From the IMG/VR virus record IMGVR_UViG_3300017917_003583, positions 1 to 64,000 of that record: a DNA stretch of 64,000 nucleotides; one strand, written 5' to 3'. A model generated the notes under the pieces. That model had not been told where the DNA came from and ran no database searches. It worked only from the letters and a program-made list of their open reading frames with translations. Made by a program: the position numbers and the translations under genes. Every line of letters starts with the position of its first letter. Within the stretch, counting starts at the first letter, position 1. The DNA is from a virus. Positions 20,001 through 29,172 of this stretch are shown in pieces.

Positions 20001-20504
20001 TCAGTTGACTCGTTGTAAAGTGGTCCACATGTCAAGTTTTTCCGCTATTGATTGGTAGCGGGCAGTCAGTTGGCGGTTTTCTTCTTGCAAGCGTTCCATG
20101 TTCCGAGTGTGTTCTCGCTGAGCGCTATAGGCCTTGGCTTCGGCTTCGATCAAGCGCTCGCGGGCTTGTGACAGGAACTCGGTGATGGTGAGATTTCGAT
20201 AACCATCCAGCTCGCTTTCCATGGTTTCCATCTCGCGTTCCAGATCTCGATGATTGATCAGGGCTTGATCCAGCTCAAATTCGAGTTCGCGTAGATACTC
20301 GTCAATTGCAATATAGAAGCCATTCTGGTTTCGAATGCCTAGGGTATCGGGATCCATGCCCTGATGGGTCATCAAGTCCATCAATCGGTTCTTGGGACGC
20401 TCAGGGTCAGTCAGCATGGTCAGAAGTCGGGCCACCACTGGGTCAGTGTTGGTCAAGCTCACATAGCGAATGAACTCGTCGTCGCTCAATTGGTCAAGAT
20501 ACAT
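20001..20504 (-). CDS. hypothetical coiled-coil protein
   Basis: Start at MYLDQLSDDE with GGAG RBS. Confidence 0.45.
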   Translation of the reverse strand: MYLDQLSDDEFIRYVSLTNTDPVVARLLTMLTDPERPKNRLMDLMTHQGMDPDTLGIRNQNGFYIAIDEYLRELEFELDQALINHRDLEREMETMESELDGYRNLTITEFLSQARERLIEAEAKAYSAQREHTRNMERLQEENRQLTARYQSIAEKLDMWTTLQRVN

Positions 20505-21018
20505 AAGGTTACTCCAGTACAGCATCAGTTTCTTGCCAGCGCAGTATGGTCAGCGTGGCCAAGTGTTGCGTCACATCAAAACACTGCGATTCCAGTGCAC
20601 ACCAGTCCTCAGCGGGATGTTGTTGTATCCACTCCGACACCGGCCAGCTCACTCGCATGCGAACTCGGTTGGGCTCGGGACTGCCCAGCACAACCACATT
20701 GGGAGTGGTCAACTGGTGTATCATGAGGCTCCATCGATCAAGGACCGGACTGAAAGGCATTGAGTTTGATGGTTGCATTAGAATTTCAGTAGAAAAGCAG
20801 TTCGAGCCGCTTCGTTGTTGAGACGCCATTGGTCGTAGGCCCAGCGTCGGCCCAGGCTGTGTTGTTGCACATATTCATTGACCACGTCAATAAAATGCTG
20901 GTGGGCGCTGGGCAGCGGGCGCCAGCCAATGTCCTGAGCGTCATATTCTTGTGCCCAGGGGCTGTCCTGGAATCTCACCCGCACAGTGAGCTCCTTCCAG
21001 ATCAAGCGATAATGTGAC

Positions 21019-21417
21019 TTATCCACGGCGCATGGTAGAAATGTCGCGAGCTTCTTCATCGCTGAAGATGGGCACCGCATTGCTCTTGTGCATAGTGCCA
21101 ATGCCCTTGACTCTGGTGCCTGTGTATTGCATGGGCTGTTTTGCTGCGACAGCACCAGCATGACCGGTGTCACGACTGGGAATGGCATGCCCAGTGTCAC
21201 GGCCGGTGGGTGTGCTGAGACTGTATTGCAAGGGCTCGGCTGCCATTGCCCTGCGCTGGCGTTTGGCTTCGGCCTCCACGCCCCACTTGGTCTGCAGTTC
21301 CTTCCACGAAGCTTCCAGCTCACGGGCTCGGCGTGCTTCCTCAGCATTGCGGAACTTGACTCGGCCACGCTTGCGGCCCGACAGGCTGAGGCTGGGATGA
21401 GCAAGATGCATGGTCAT
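21019..21417 (-). CDS. hypothetical basic protein
   Basis: AGGAG RBS 7 nt upstream and early promoter P1. Internal direct repeat TGRDTGHA / SRDTGHA. Confidence 0.5.
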   Translation of the reverse strand: MTMHLAHPSLSLSGRKRGRVKFRNAEEARRARELEASWKELQTKWGVEAEAKRQRRAMAAEPLQYSLSTPTGRDTGHAIPSRDTGHAGAVAAKQPMQYTGTRVKGIGTMHKSNAVPIFSDEEARDISTMRRG

Positions 21418-21423
21418 GGTGTG

Positions 21424-21458
21424 CTCCTGAATGTTACGCTATGTTGCTATTATAGCAC
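21424..21458. repeat. degenerate fourth copy of the promoter-leader cassette
   Basis: ctcctgaatgttacgctatgttgctattatagcac. Confidence 0.6.
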
Positions 21459-21477
21459 AAACGGGATTTTTGAACAA
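21449..21477 (-). promoter_or_regulatory. sigma70-type promoter P1 (TTGTTC-17-TATAAT) with degenerate copy of the conserved leader
   Basis: Minus strand TTGTTCaaaaatcccgtttgtgcTATAATagcaacatagcgtaacattcAGGAGcacaccATG. Confidence 0.55.
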
Positions 21478-21478
21478 A

Positions 21479-21877
21479 TCACTTGAAGAATGTCAAGGCC
21501 ATCAGCACCGCTTGCACCACAAAGCCCAGGCCAATGGTGATCAAGTTCAGCATGTCGCGCTGGATGGCAGCTCGCACAAACATCAGCGTGAGTGCAGTCC
21601 ACATCAGCAGCACCATGTCAATGGGCAGCATGATGTCGGTCAAGCCCTTGCTGATGGCCAGGAGACTGGGAATGGTTGCACAGTGCAGGATCATGACCGC
21701 GCACCAGCCCAGGGTTTCAGCAGTGATCACACCAGTGGCAGTGACCCAGCGAGCAAACCGTTCACGCATGCTGTTCACAAATTGAGACACCTGGGCAAGT
21801 TTGGTGGGTTCAGCAGAAGTCACAGCGTCAGTCATGGTGGTCGTTTCGGTTGTGGGTTGAGTTTGTTCGGCGTTCAT
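21479..21877 (-). CDS. holin-like membrane protein (3 TM)
   Basis: Three hydrophobic helices; ATGA-coupled downstream of the SleB-like hydrolase. Confidence 0.45.
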   Translation of the reverse strand: MNAEQTQPTTETTTMTDAVTSAEPTKLAQVSQFVNSMRERFARWVTATGVITAETLGWCAVMILHCATIPSLLAISKGLTDIMLPIDMVLLMWTALTLMFVRAAIQRDMLNLITIGLGFVVQAVLMALTFFK

Positions 21878-22440
21878 GCGTTGTCCTTTTTAGCGGCGTT
21901 GAGGGGTTCGTAAAAGATGTGCACACCCAGCTTGGCCACACGCCGGTAATTCCAGCCCGGATTCACGTAGTCGGCATGGTAGAACAATGCATGCTCCAAG
22001 CTGGGCAAACGAAAGCCTTCCAGCAGCACACGCTTGGCCACTTCGTAGCTTTCGGCATAGGCAGCTTTGTCAATGGGGCGATTGCGGTGTGTGCTGTCGC
22101 AATACCACGAGAACTGGCACACAATGCGTCCGCTCCAGCGGTTCTTTTCGTATACCACGCCGCACACATCTTTGGGGAACTCAGGGTGTCCCACACGGTT
22201 CAAGGTGACCTGGGCAATGCCAGCCTTGCCTTCAAACGGTTCGTGGCCGCCTTCGCGGTAGATGTTGAGCGCCAGGCAATCCAGCTGGCGCTCACGTTCG
22301 CGGGCCGAGACCACTTCGGGCCGATCCAGGCCCAGGGCCGCACTCAGGCGATCAAATTTGATGTCAGTTGTGGCATCGATAGCCACAAACACGCCAAACG
22401 CAGCGGCCACCATGATCAGGGTTCGTATGATTCTTTGCAT
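21874..22440 (-). CDS. SleB-family cell wall hydrolase with N-terminal membrane anchor
   Basis: CLALNIYREGGHEP...GIAQVTLNRV...VCGVVYEKN...QFSWYCD is the Hydrolase_2 / SleB signature. Start at MQRIIRT with GGAGA RBS. Confidence 0.7.
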   Translation of the reverse strand: MQRIIRTLIMVAAAFGVFVAIDATTDIKFDRLSAALGLDRPEVVSARERERQLDCLALNIYREGGHEPFEGKAGIAQVTLNRVGHPEFPKDVCGVVYEKNRWSGRIVCQFSWYCDSTHRNRPIDKAAYAESYEVAKRVLLEGFRLPSLEHALFYHADYVNPGWNYRRVAKLGVHIFYEPLNAAKKDNA

Positions 22441-22568
22441 AATTTCTCCGGTTGTGCTGTTGCACCGGGCAACAGACCTGTTCAAAATTTTGAGCAGAAC
22501 TTTTACTTAGCCTGCAGGGCAAGTGGTTATCTTGCAAGTTTTTAGTGTAGCAGATCTGCCATTATTGG

Positions 22569-22919
22569 TCAAGTGCTGGTGCGTTTGAGGGCAGCCCAGG
22601 CACGACTCTTTTCTCGGCACTCCGCCAGCTTGGCTTCATACTGCTCACGCAGCGCTCGCAGATCCTCCCACTCCTGTTCCATTTGGGCATCGGGCACCAG
22701 GATGGCCAACTGCTCTTGCATGCGAGTCAGGGTTTGGTTGAGGCTCACGCCGTTGACCACGATGTCGGCGTTGGCACCTTCCAGCTGGAATAGACCTGTC
22801 GGCTGTCGCCAGGTGTAGTCACCGACACTGCCATTGGTCACTGTGGTCCAGGCATTGCTGGGGCTGAATGTGCTGGTTATGGGTTGATTTAGAATGTTAT
22901 TGGGATCGTAGATGGACAT
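22569..22919 (-). CDS. hypothetical protein
   Basis: ORF; start reassigned to MSIYDP. Confidence 0.35.
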   Translation of the reverse strand: MSIYDPNNILNQPITSTFSPSNAWTTVTNGSVGDYTWRQPTGLFQLEGANADIVVNGVSLNQTLTRMQEQLAILVPDAQMEQEWEDLRALREQYEAKLAECREKSRAWAALKRTST

Positions 22920-23094
22920 GACGGGTTGCACCAAAACGGTGCTCGATATGCTTCCAGTCCAGGGCCCTGCGATCCAAGGCAGACCGGGATTGGATCACTG
23001 CCTGCGCTCGTTGAAACTTTTGGTCCAACAGGCGTTGACGCAGTTCTGGGGTGAGCACATCTGGCCAGGTATCTGGGTCAGGTGTGAGAGTCAT
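22897..23094 (-). CDS. hypothetical small protein
   Basis: AAGGAG RBS and promoter P2 directly upstream. Confidence 0.5.
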   Translation of the reverse strand: MTLTPDPDTWPDVLTPELRQRLLDQKFQRAQAVIQSRSALDRRALDWKHIEHRFGATRHVHLRSQ

Positions 23095-23112
23095 TGAGTT
23101 CTCCTTGCAAAC

Positions 23113-23142
23113 AGTATAGCATCACCGCCACACAGCTTGCAA
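23113..23142 (-). promoter_or_regulatory. promoter P2 (TTGCAA-18-TATACT)
   Basis: Upstream of 22897..23094 with AAGGAG RBS. Confidence 0.5.
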
Positions 23143-23158
23143 CCAAGGTGGGCAATGA

Positions 23159-23407
23159 TCAGTCGAGGTATATGTGCCTACGCAACCAGGTATCCCACAC
23201 AGTGACCATGCCAAAGCCATGGTTCCATGTGATGCGAAATCGCTCAAAGCTGGGTTGGTCGTGCAACATCATGCGATGGCCCGACACTTGTGCATGATCC
23301 ACACGGTGGTCACGAACCCAGTTTTTCAGCAGCGTTTCTGCCTGACGGTTGTTGTGTAGTGCGACAATGTACAGCGGTTCGGCTGCACGACAGTTGGTTA
23401 TAGTCAT
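23159..23407 (-). CDS. hypothetical small protein
   Basis: 82-aa ORF with a weak RBS. Confidence 0.3.
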   Translation of the reverse strand: MTITNCRAAEPLYIVALHNNRQAETLLKNWVRDHRVDHAQVSGHRMMLHDQPSFERFRITWNHGFGMVTVWDTWLRRHIYLD

Positions 23408-23529
23408 TTTTTCTCAGTGCGGGCTGAGTGCATTGGCATGCAGGTTATTTATACCAGCCCAGGCTCACTGTAGTTATGACAAACGCACGAAAGCGGCACT
23501 CCAGGTGCCGCTTGTGGAGTGGTCAGTGA

Positions 23530-23901
23530 TTAGACCGGGGCAGGACCAGCTTCGGCCAACAGTTGTTCGGCAGTCACGTCCTTGACCTTCTTGGCAGCAG
23601 GCTTGGCCTTGGCGGCGCGCACCTTGACTTCGCCCTTCTTGGCCACCTTGCTCTTTTCAGCCACCTTGTTGGCCACAACGAAGCCGGCGTCACCTTCGGT
23701 GATACCCAGAGTCTGCAGATGCTGCAGTGCGGCCAGTTTGGTCATGGGCTGTGGCAGCTCAACGAGGTTGATCTCGGTGCAGCCGGCCTTGTTCAAGATC
23801 TTGATGCGAGCCACCAAGTCATTGGCGAAGCGGGCCTTGACGGTGCCGTCAGCGTTGCGAGCGGTACCAGCGACAGTGAAGAGTTTTTCAGTTGCGGACA
23901 T
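23530..23901 (-). CDS. Lys/Ala-rich histone H1-like DNA-binding protein
   Basis: C-terminal KVAKKGEVKVRAAKAKPAAKKVK tail; AAAGG RBS; promoter P3 upstream. Confidence 0.5.
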   Translation of the reverse strand: MSATEKLFTVAGTARNADGTVKARFANDLVARIKILNKAGCTEINLVELPQPMTKLAALQHLQTLGITEGDAGFVVANKVAEKSKVAKKGEVKVRAAKAKPAAKKVKDVTAEQLLAEAGPAPV

Positions 23902-23964
23902 GTGTTGCCTTTCAAAAGTTGCCTAACAAAGTTGGAAAAATATGCTGTGTTTTCAGCATGTCTT

Positions 23965-23993
23965 TATTGTAGCACAGATGCCAATATTGGTCA
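23965..23993 (-). promoter_or_regulatory. promoter P3 (TTGACC-17-TACAAT)
   Basis: Drives 23530..23901; transcript would start at an ATGCTG/CAGCAT hairpin. Confidence 0.6.
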
Positions 23994-24037
23994 ACCTGTT
24001 TTTTGCCACAATTTGGGACGAGGTTTGCCATTTTGAC

Positions 24038-24472
24038 TCAGTCAGCATGGCCAATCAGGGCCACTGGTTCGGGTGTGATCACCGTGTGACCCAGGAACTC
24101 AGTGGTGTAAGTGTTGCCGTCTTCGCCCAGCCAGTGGATACGGCCCAGGGCCAGGTTTTGGATGGCTTCGAGGAACAGATCTTCTTGGCCAGTTTTGCTG
24201 TCGTAGTTGACCAGCAAGAGATCGCCATTGGCCGCGTATTGGGTTTCAAAGCCCAGCTGTTCCAGAATGGCCTGTGCATCCCGGCAGGTGTCGGGGTAGT
24301 TCTCGTCCATCCAGGAAAACCAACGACCAGTTTCTGTGCCGCCGCTCCACGATCCACCACACTTCTGGTTGTGGTGTGTGGTGTTCAGCGCACACATGAC
24401 CTGGTATGCAGTTTCGAGATTGGCTGCAGGAATGCGAGCAGTGCTCTTGATTGTGCGAACATTGTAACCCAT
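24038..24472 (-). CDS. hypothetical protein
   Basis: 144-aa ORF. Confidence 0.4.
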   Translation of the reverse strand: MGYNVRTIKSTARIPAANLETAYQVMCALNTTHHNQKCGGSWSGGTETGRWFSWMDENYPDTCRDAQAILEQLGFETQYAANGDLLLVNYDSKTGQEDLFLEAIQNLALGRIHWLGEDGNTYTTEFLGHTVITPEPVALIGHAD

Positions 24473-24481
24473 GATGTTTCC

Positions 24482-24718
24482 TTAATTGGAGTTTTTCAGA
24501 AGCCAAAAACTGGCACGAGCGTCATCAATCACCAGGCAGTCGGTAGAGTATTTGAGTGTGCCATTTCCACGACTGCCGACACGCTGCACACGTATCATTT
24601 TGGGGTTGATTTTGGTCACCATGCCCACTGCCAGGCTGTTGTTGTAGGCATATACTACAACCGATCCCTGCAGCACCGGCTCGCCCAGTCGGTCCAGATG
24701 TTCAGTCGCCTGGGTCAT
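24482..24718 (-). CDS. hypothetical small protein
   Basis: ATGA-coupled to the upstream gene. Confidence 0.4.
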   Translation of the reverse strand: MTQATEHLDRLGEPVLQGSVVVYAYNNSLAVGMVTKINPKMIRVQRVGSRGNGTLKYSTDCLVIDDARASFWLLKNSN

Positions 24719-25281
24719 AGTGCCACACTCAGACCCACAACCACAGTGATCGCCAGGCCAATTGCTGCCATGAGCACACGACCCGTAGTGTAGTCATCAT
24801 CATTTTTTATGACCTTGATTCGGCGACTGGTCCACAGTCCCCACAGTCGAGGCACAGCTTCGTATTCCACGTGTGTGGCAAAAAACGTTTTGTCAAACAT
24901 GATGCGCAAGAACACAGGAACACCCACCAGCAAGATCAAGCTGCCAAAAAACAAGCCCAAGACCTCTTGACCGATCACCTTGTAGACCACGATTGCCACC
25001 ACAACCCGGCCCAGGCCAGTTTGTGCAAACTCGTTGGCTGCCATGCCCACTTCCTTGGCAGCGCCCACCATGGCTTGACCGATCTTGCCACCCAAGTCAG
25101 CCCAGGCTTCGGCTTCTTCACGCACCAACACCGCAGTGTTTGCAGGGTTCTGACTCATTTCAGCCGCTTGTTTTTGCAGTTGGGCCACCTGCTCAGAAGT
25201 GAGACCTTTGGTGTCGATAGTGTTAGCAGTAGCACCAAATGCTGCCGCTGCCAGAGCCAATGCAATCAAAAAACGTTTCAT
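24715..25281 (-). CDS. exported/membrane protein
   Basis: Signal peptide MKRFLIALALAAAAFGATA and a C-terminal TM segment. Confidence 0.5.
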   Translation of the reverse strand: MKRFLIALALAAAAFGATANTIDTKGLTSEQVAQLQKQAAEMSQNPANTAVLVREEAEAWADLGGKIGQAMVGAAKEVGMAANEFAQTGLGRVVVAIVVYKVIGQEVLGLFFGSLILLVGVPVFLRIMFDKTFFATHVEYEAVPRLWGLWTSRRIKVIKNDDDYTTGRVLMAAIGLAITVVVGLSVAL

Positions 25282-25299
25282 GTGATTCTCCAGGTAAAG

Positions 25300-25662
25300 T
25301 TAGACAGGACGGCACTGCAACATCATTGAGATATTTTGCTGGCTCATGCGCACCGTCAGCATGGCTCGGCCATTGCGGGTAAACAACATCATGGCCATGT
25401 TGCCTGTGGCAGCTTCACGGTAGGTCCAGTAGGTGCCATGTTCGCTGAACTGTTCCTGTCCATTGCCAGTGAACGTTTCGGTGGCAGTGATCAAGTTGAA
25501 TGCCGACACTGAGATGGGCAATCGCTTGCTACCCGCCGGCACACGCTCGGGATTGCCGTTGCCGCGCACGATCATTTCCGGTTCACAGACCATCATGTGT
25601 TGCTGGGCTTGTGCAGCGAATGCAATCGCAGCAGTTGCAAGAGCTAACAGGATTCGTTTCAT
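25300..25662 (-). CDS. secreted protein
   Basis: Signal peptide MKRILLALATAAIAFAAQA. Confidence 0.5.
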   Translation of the reverse strand: MKRILLALATAAIAFAAQAQQHMMVCEPEMIVRGNGNPERVPAGSKRLPISVSAFNLITATETFTGNGQEQFSEHGTYWTYREAATGNMAMMLFTRNGRAMLTVRMSQQNISMMLQCRPV

Positions 25663-25675
25663 TTCAATACCTCTT

Positions 25676-25903
25676 TCATTTCCATTCTACACGCTTGTGT
25701 AGTTCTACATTGCCATTGCACATGAAAATCAGAACATCCTGTTCGCCGGGCAATTCAGCTAGATATTCACAGCCTAAGATCATAGCATGAAGATTGTCAC
25801 TTGCTCGTTGTTGGCTCATGTCTTCGATCATGCCTATGATCATCCACCACCAGCCCACAAAGAAAGCGACTGGGATCAAGATCATAGCCGCTTTCTTCAT
25901 CAT
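25676..25903 (-). CDS. small membrane protein
   Basis: Two TM helices. Confidence 0.4.
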   Translation of the reverse strand: MMKKAAMILIPVAFFVGWWWMIIGMIEDMSQQRASDNLHAMILGCEYLAELPGEQDVLIFMCNGNVELHKRVEWK

Positions 25904-25907
25904 GACC

Positions 25908-26783
25908 TCACTTGGGGTTGACGTTCAAGAACGGTACAGTACCATTGGGGGTCATAGTGCTTGGGAGTTCGCCGTTCCAGCGTTCAGCAGTTACCAAGTT
26001 CACCAAGTTGGGGTTCTGTGCCAGAGCCCGACCACGTTGCTGAATAGCTTGTGCTTCGGCTTCACCTTTCAACTTGATAGATTCAGCTTCGGCTTTGGCC
26101 TGTGCCACTTGCGAATCAGCTGCCGCTTGTGCTTGAATCACCTTGATTTCAGCCTGCACCTTTTCACGTTCGGCGTTTTGCTGCACCTTCTGCACTTCAA
26201 CCTCGGCCAACATGCGTTGTTCGATGCTGTTTTCGTATGCTTCCGAGAAGTCAATATTCTCCAGCTGCACACTTTCCACGATCAAGGGCAAGCCAGTCAC
26301 AGCTTTCTGAATCGCCATCTGCACCTCAGCGCTGAGTCGTTCGCGCTCTTGAATTGCAGTTGCAGCGTTGAATCGACCAAACACGTTTTTCACTTCCTCG
26401 GGCACTTGACGATCCAGCAAGCGACTCACAATGCCTGCTTCACCGCCCCAGTCACTGTACACCGCTGTGACCTGATCAGCAGGGATGCGATAGTTCACGC
26501 TCAGTGCCATGGTCGCAGTTTGCTGGTCCTTGCTGTAGGCCATGACTTCGCCCCACACACGAGCCTGAGTCTGCACACTCATTTCCACCACAGTGTCCAC
26601 CAAGGGCAGTTTGAAGCCCAAGCCTGGCTCAGCAGTGCCCACCACCTGACCAGTGCGCAAGATCACGCCTCGCTGACCCTGATCCACAGTGTAGAAACTG
26701 CCACCTGCCACCACAACCACGATCAGTGCAATCAACACACCCACCACGATACTGACCGCTTTGCGAACATCATTCATCATCAT
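25908..26783 (-). CDS. SPFH / band-7 protein (HflC / prohibitin-like)
   Basis: N-terminal TM then an SPFH core (FYTVDQGQRGVILRTGQV...) and a long coiled coil. Start at MMMNDV 26783 with AAGGAGA RBS. Confidence 0.75.
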   Translation of the reverse strand: MMMNDVRKAVSIVVGVLIALIVVVVAGGSFYTVDQGQRGVILRTGQVVGTAEPGLGFKLPLVDTVVEMSVQTQARVWGEVMAYSKDQQTATMALSVNYRIPADQVTAVYSDWGGEAGIVSRLLDRQVPEEVKNVFGRFNAATAIQERERLSAEVQMAIQKAVTGLPLIVESVQLENIDFSEAYENSIEQRMLAEVEVQKVQQNAEREKVQAEIKVIQAQAAADSQVAQAKAEAESIKLKGEAEAQAIQQRGRALAQNPNLVNLVTAERWNGELPSTMTPNGTVPFLNVNPK

Positions 26784-26891
26784 TCTCCTTGGCGTCTGCG
26801 CCATTGAATCGAACCGTTTTAACCACCCACACACCACCGGCAACACACACAGCCGCCAACAGTGCAAGACCAATCAGAGACAAAACAAACA
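26769..26891 (-). CDS. 40-aa transmembrane peptide (possible NfeD-like partner of SPFH)
   Basis: MFVLSLIGLALLAAVCVAGGVWVV; GAGGTGA RBS; stop overlaps the SPFH start. Confidence 0.3.
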
Positions 26892-26905
26892 TTTTGTCAC
26901 CTCAC

Positions 26906-27238
26906 TCAAAACGTCTGCCGGGGTTGGATGCTTGCGACGAACGCACGAACATCCGAGGGCAGTGCATCTTCGGGAACACCAGCTGCCTTGTGCAAGATCA
27001 CGCGAGCCAGCGCAGGCTTCAACGAGTCCTCGGCTTTGATGTATTCCACCTGCAGGGCGCGCAGTTCCTGCGCCATGCCGTCGCGATAGGCTTTGCTGGT
27101 TTCAAACGTTTCACGACGGGTTTGCTCAAAGATGGGACCAAAGATGCGACCCATTGCAGCAGTGTTGGCCATCATGAACCAGCCCACCAACACAATGCCA
27201 AACAACACAGCGATACCAGCAGCAATCGATTTGAACAT
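26906..27238 (-). CDS. small membrane protein
   Basis: N-terminal TM helix; GTGAGG RBS. Confidence 0.45.
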   Translation of the reverse strand: MFKSIAAGIAVLFGIVLVGWFMMANTAAMGRIFGPIFEQTRRETFETSKAYRDGMAQELRALQVEYIKAEDSLKPALARVILHKAAGVPEDALPSDVRAFVASIQPRQTF

Positions 27239-27245
27239 GTTGACC

Positions 27246-27752
27246 TCACTGATCCAGTTTCACAGGGCTGACGATCACGTCAGTTTGCACGAACACGGGC
27301 ACGGGTTTGCCTTTGGCAGCGTCCAAGCACATGACCCAGTTGGCGGTGCTGTTGTCGGGAGTGAACAAGCCGTTGGGTTCAGCCTGGGGCATGATGGCGT
27401 AACCGTAATTGGCGCTCTTTTCATGAATGCGCTGGGGGTTGGTGTAGCCCGTTGCATCGGAAATCGCATAGCCCATGCTGTTGCACAAGAACACCGGGCG
27501 ACCAGTGGTGCGATTCACCGTGTAGGTGTAAGTGACCAAACCGTCCTGATCACGCAGTTCCAGGATCATCTTGAGCAGTTTGCGTTCACGGAAGTTGGTG
27601 ATTGCGGGCATGCCAGTTTGGGCAGTGCCCTCTTGCAGGATGCGTTCCTGTGCTTCGGCCTGCACACGGTCAGCACTCTTGGTCTGTTCAACACAGCCTG
27701 CGGCCAGAGCCAGTGCAGCGATACCCACTGCTAGAGAAAGAACACGTTTCAT
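27246..27752 (-). CDS. lipoprotein
   Basis: Start at MKRVLSL with TAGGAG RBS; lipobox LAAGC; promoter P4 upstream. Confidence 0.6.
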   Translation of the reverse strand: MKRVLSLAVGIAALALAAGCVEQTKSADRVQAEAQERILQEGTAQTGMPAITNFRERKLLKMILELRDQDGLVTYTYTVNRTTGRPVFLCNSMGYAISDATGYTNPQRIHEKSANYGYAIMPQAEPNGLFTPDNSTANWVMCLDAAKGKPVPVFVQTDVIVSPVKLDQ

Positions 27753-27785
27753 CAGAACTCCTAAAGTTGTTGCGCTATAACTGTT

Positions 27786-27814
27786 ATTATAGCACCAAAA
27801 TCTTTTTGTGTCAA
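27786..27814 (-). promoter_or_regulatory. promoter P4 (TTGACA-17-TATAAT)
   Basis: Drives lipoprotein 27246..27752; the -35 abuts a hairpin terminator. Confidence 0.65.
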
Positions 27815-27815
27815 A

Positions 27816-27831
27816 CGGGGCCCAAGCCCCG
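27816..27831 (-). terminator. hairpin terminator (CGGGGC-TTGG-GCCCCG then TTTG)
   Basis: Directly after the 29-aa peptide ORF and directly before the P4 -35. Confidence 0.4.
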
Positions 27832-27835
27832 TTGA

Positions 27836-27925
27836 TCACACCAAGCCGGTCACGAATGCAGCGAAAGTCACTGCCACGCCCAGAGCGAAATACACCACAC
27901 GACCTGCGATTGCCATTTTGTTCAT
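27836..27925 (-). CDS. 29-aa hydrophobic peptide
   Basis: MNKMAIAGRVVYFALGVAVTFAAFVTGLV, TGGAG RBS, promoter P5 upstream and a hairpin terminator downstream. Confidence 0.35.
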   Translation of the reverse strand: MNKMAIAGRVVYFALGVAVTFAAFVTGLV

Positions 27926-27987
27926 GCTGAACTCCAAAGAAAGAAAGTTAAAAAAACGTAGCGACACCGTTCACTACAATTTGTATT

Positions 27988-28016
27988 CTAGCACAACCGG
28001 TATTTTTGTGCAACCG
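27988..28016 (-). promoter_or_regulatory. promoter P5 (TTGCAC-17-TAGAAT)
   Basis: Upstream of the 29-aa peptide. Confidence 0.5.
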
Positions 28017-28035
28017 GCTGTGGCTAGTTTACAAC

Positions 28036-29106
28036 TCAGAACGCATCGTAGAAACGATACTGTTGTTTTGCTTGCACACGAGTCAACGTGACCACAGTGC
28101 CTTGATCCTCGAACACGAACCGGCCAGCCAGTGCATCCACTTTCAGCAGGTTGTGCATGGTCAAGGTCTTGAACACATACTTGGAGTCGTCGTTCTCGGG
28201 TTCGGGATCAAACGACACTTCGATGGGATTGTTGCCCAGGGGGTTGCCCTCAAAGGTGTCCCGGTATTCAATGGTCTTGCCCTGGTGCACCACTTCCATC
28301 TTGTATTCCGTACCACCGTCGAACTCGGCCTTGACGTTGAGCATGCGCAGGGCCTGCTGAGGAGTCTCGTCGTAGCGGTTCATTTCTTCAACCAGTGCTT
28401 TCAGCATGTCGAAGTTGAACTGTGAGAACATGCTGGAGATGGCGCAGATGCGATCAATATGGGTTTTGTTGACCAGATTGTCCTCGCAGTATTCACGGAT
28501 GAACTCAGGAGTCAAGCCAGTGAAGTCCAGCATGTAAAAGATGCGACCTGGGCGGTTGCGCATATGATAGTCCACACGATACTTGTCATTGCAAGTGAGA
28601 ATGAACAGTTTCTTGGTGGGATACACACCGTCCAGCAAAGTTAGGATGGCTTCCTGTTCGTCGCGGTCGTAGACCTTTTCGAATTCATCGAACAGGATCA
28701 CACAGGGCTGATCGATGCTTTGAATGAAGGTATTGAACTTCTCACCATGCCACGGCGCGTTGATCACGATGGTGGGCACATTGTGGTCACGTGCCAACAC
28801 CAAGCTGATGTTCTTGCTCAACAAGGTCTTGCCCGAGCCTTTTTCGCCAGTGAGCATGACACCAGTGCTGGCACTGCGACTCAAGAAGGTGTTGATCACA
28901 CGGTCGGTGTTGCGGAGGCAGTCACCGTACATCTTGGTGGGCAATGCAAACGAATCGATCATTTCCAGATACAACTCGCCGGTCATGTCGTTTTGTTTGA
29001 CCGTGTAGTTGCCTCCAGGCAGTGCATTGTGCAAGTCAATGGCTTCACGACGGGTCACGCGGAAAGTGTTGCCCGATTTCATGAAAAAGCTGTTGCCGTC
29101 AGTCAT
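28036..29106 (-). CDS. AAA+ ATPase (classic-clade)
   Basis: Walker A GEKGSGKTLL, Walker B VILFDEFEK, sensor-1 ILTCN, and Arg-finger region MRNRPGRI. Has its own promoter P6 and AAGGA RBS. Confidence 0.7.
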   Translation of the reverse strand: MTDGNSFFMKSGNTFRVTRREAIDLHNALPGGNYTVKQNDMTGELYLEMIDSFALPTKMYGDCLRNTDRVINTFLSRSASTGVMLTGEKGSGKTLLSKNISLVLARDHNVPTIVINAPWHGEKFNTFIQSIDQPCVILFDEFEKVYDRDEQEAILTLLDGVYPTKKLFILTCNDKYRVDYHMRNRPGRIFYMLDFTGLTPEFIREYCEDNLVNKTHIDRICAISSMFSQFNFDMLKALVEEMNRYDETPQQALRMLNVKAEFDGGTEYKMEVVHQGKTIEYRDTFEGNPLGNNPIEVSFDPEPENDDSKYVFKTLTMHNLLKVDALAGRFVFEDQGTVVTLTRVQAKQQYRFYDAF

Positions 29107-29143
29107 GTGCTGAATCCTTGTGATGTGTTGAAAACAGTGTGTA

Positions 29144-29172
29144 TTGTATAGCGCTTGGGAATATTTGTCAAG
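29144..29172 (-). promoter_or_regulatory. promoter P6 (TTGACA-17-TACAAT)
   Basis: Drives AAA+ ATPase 28036..29106. Confidence 0.65.

Noticed and set aside
20509-21059. Overlapping ORFs 20509..20829 and 20778..21404 with LRW-like or DAxxFxL endings
   Set aside because: Mutually overlapping frames with no RBS. 20778..21404 also collides with the promoter-supported gene 21019..21417. One real small gene may exist here but the frame cannot be chosen from sequence alone.
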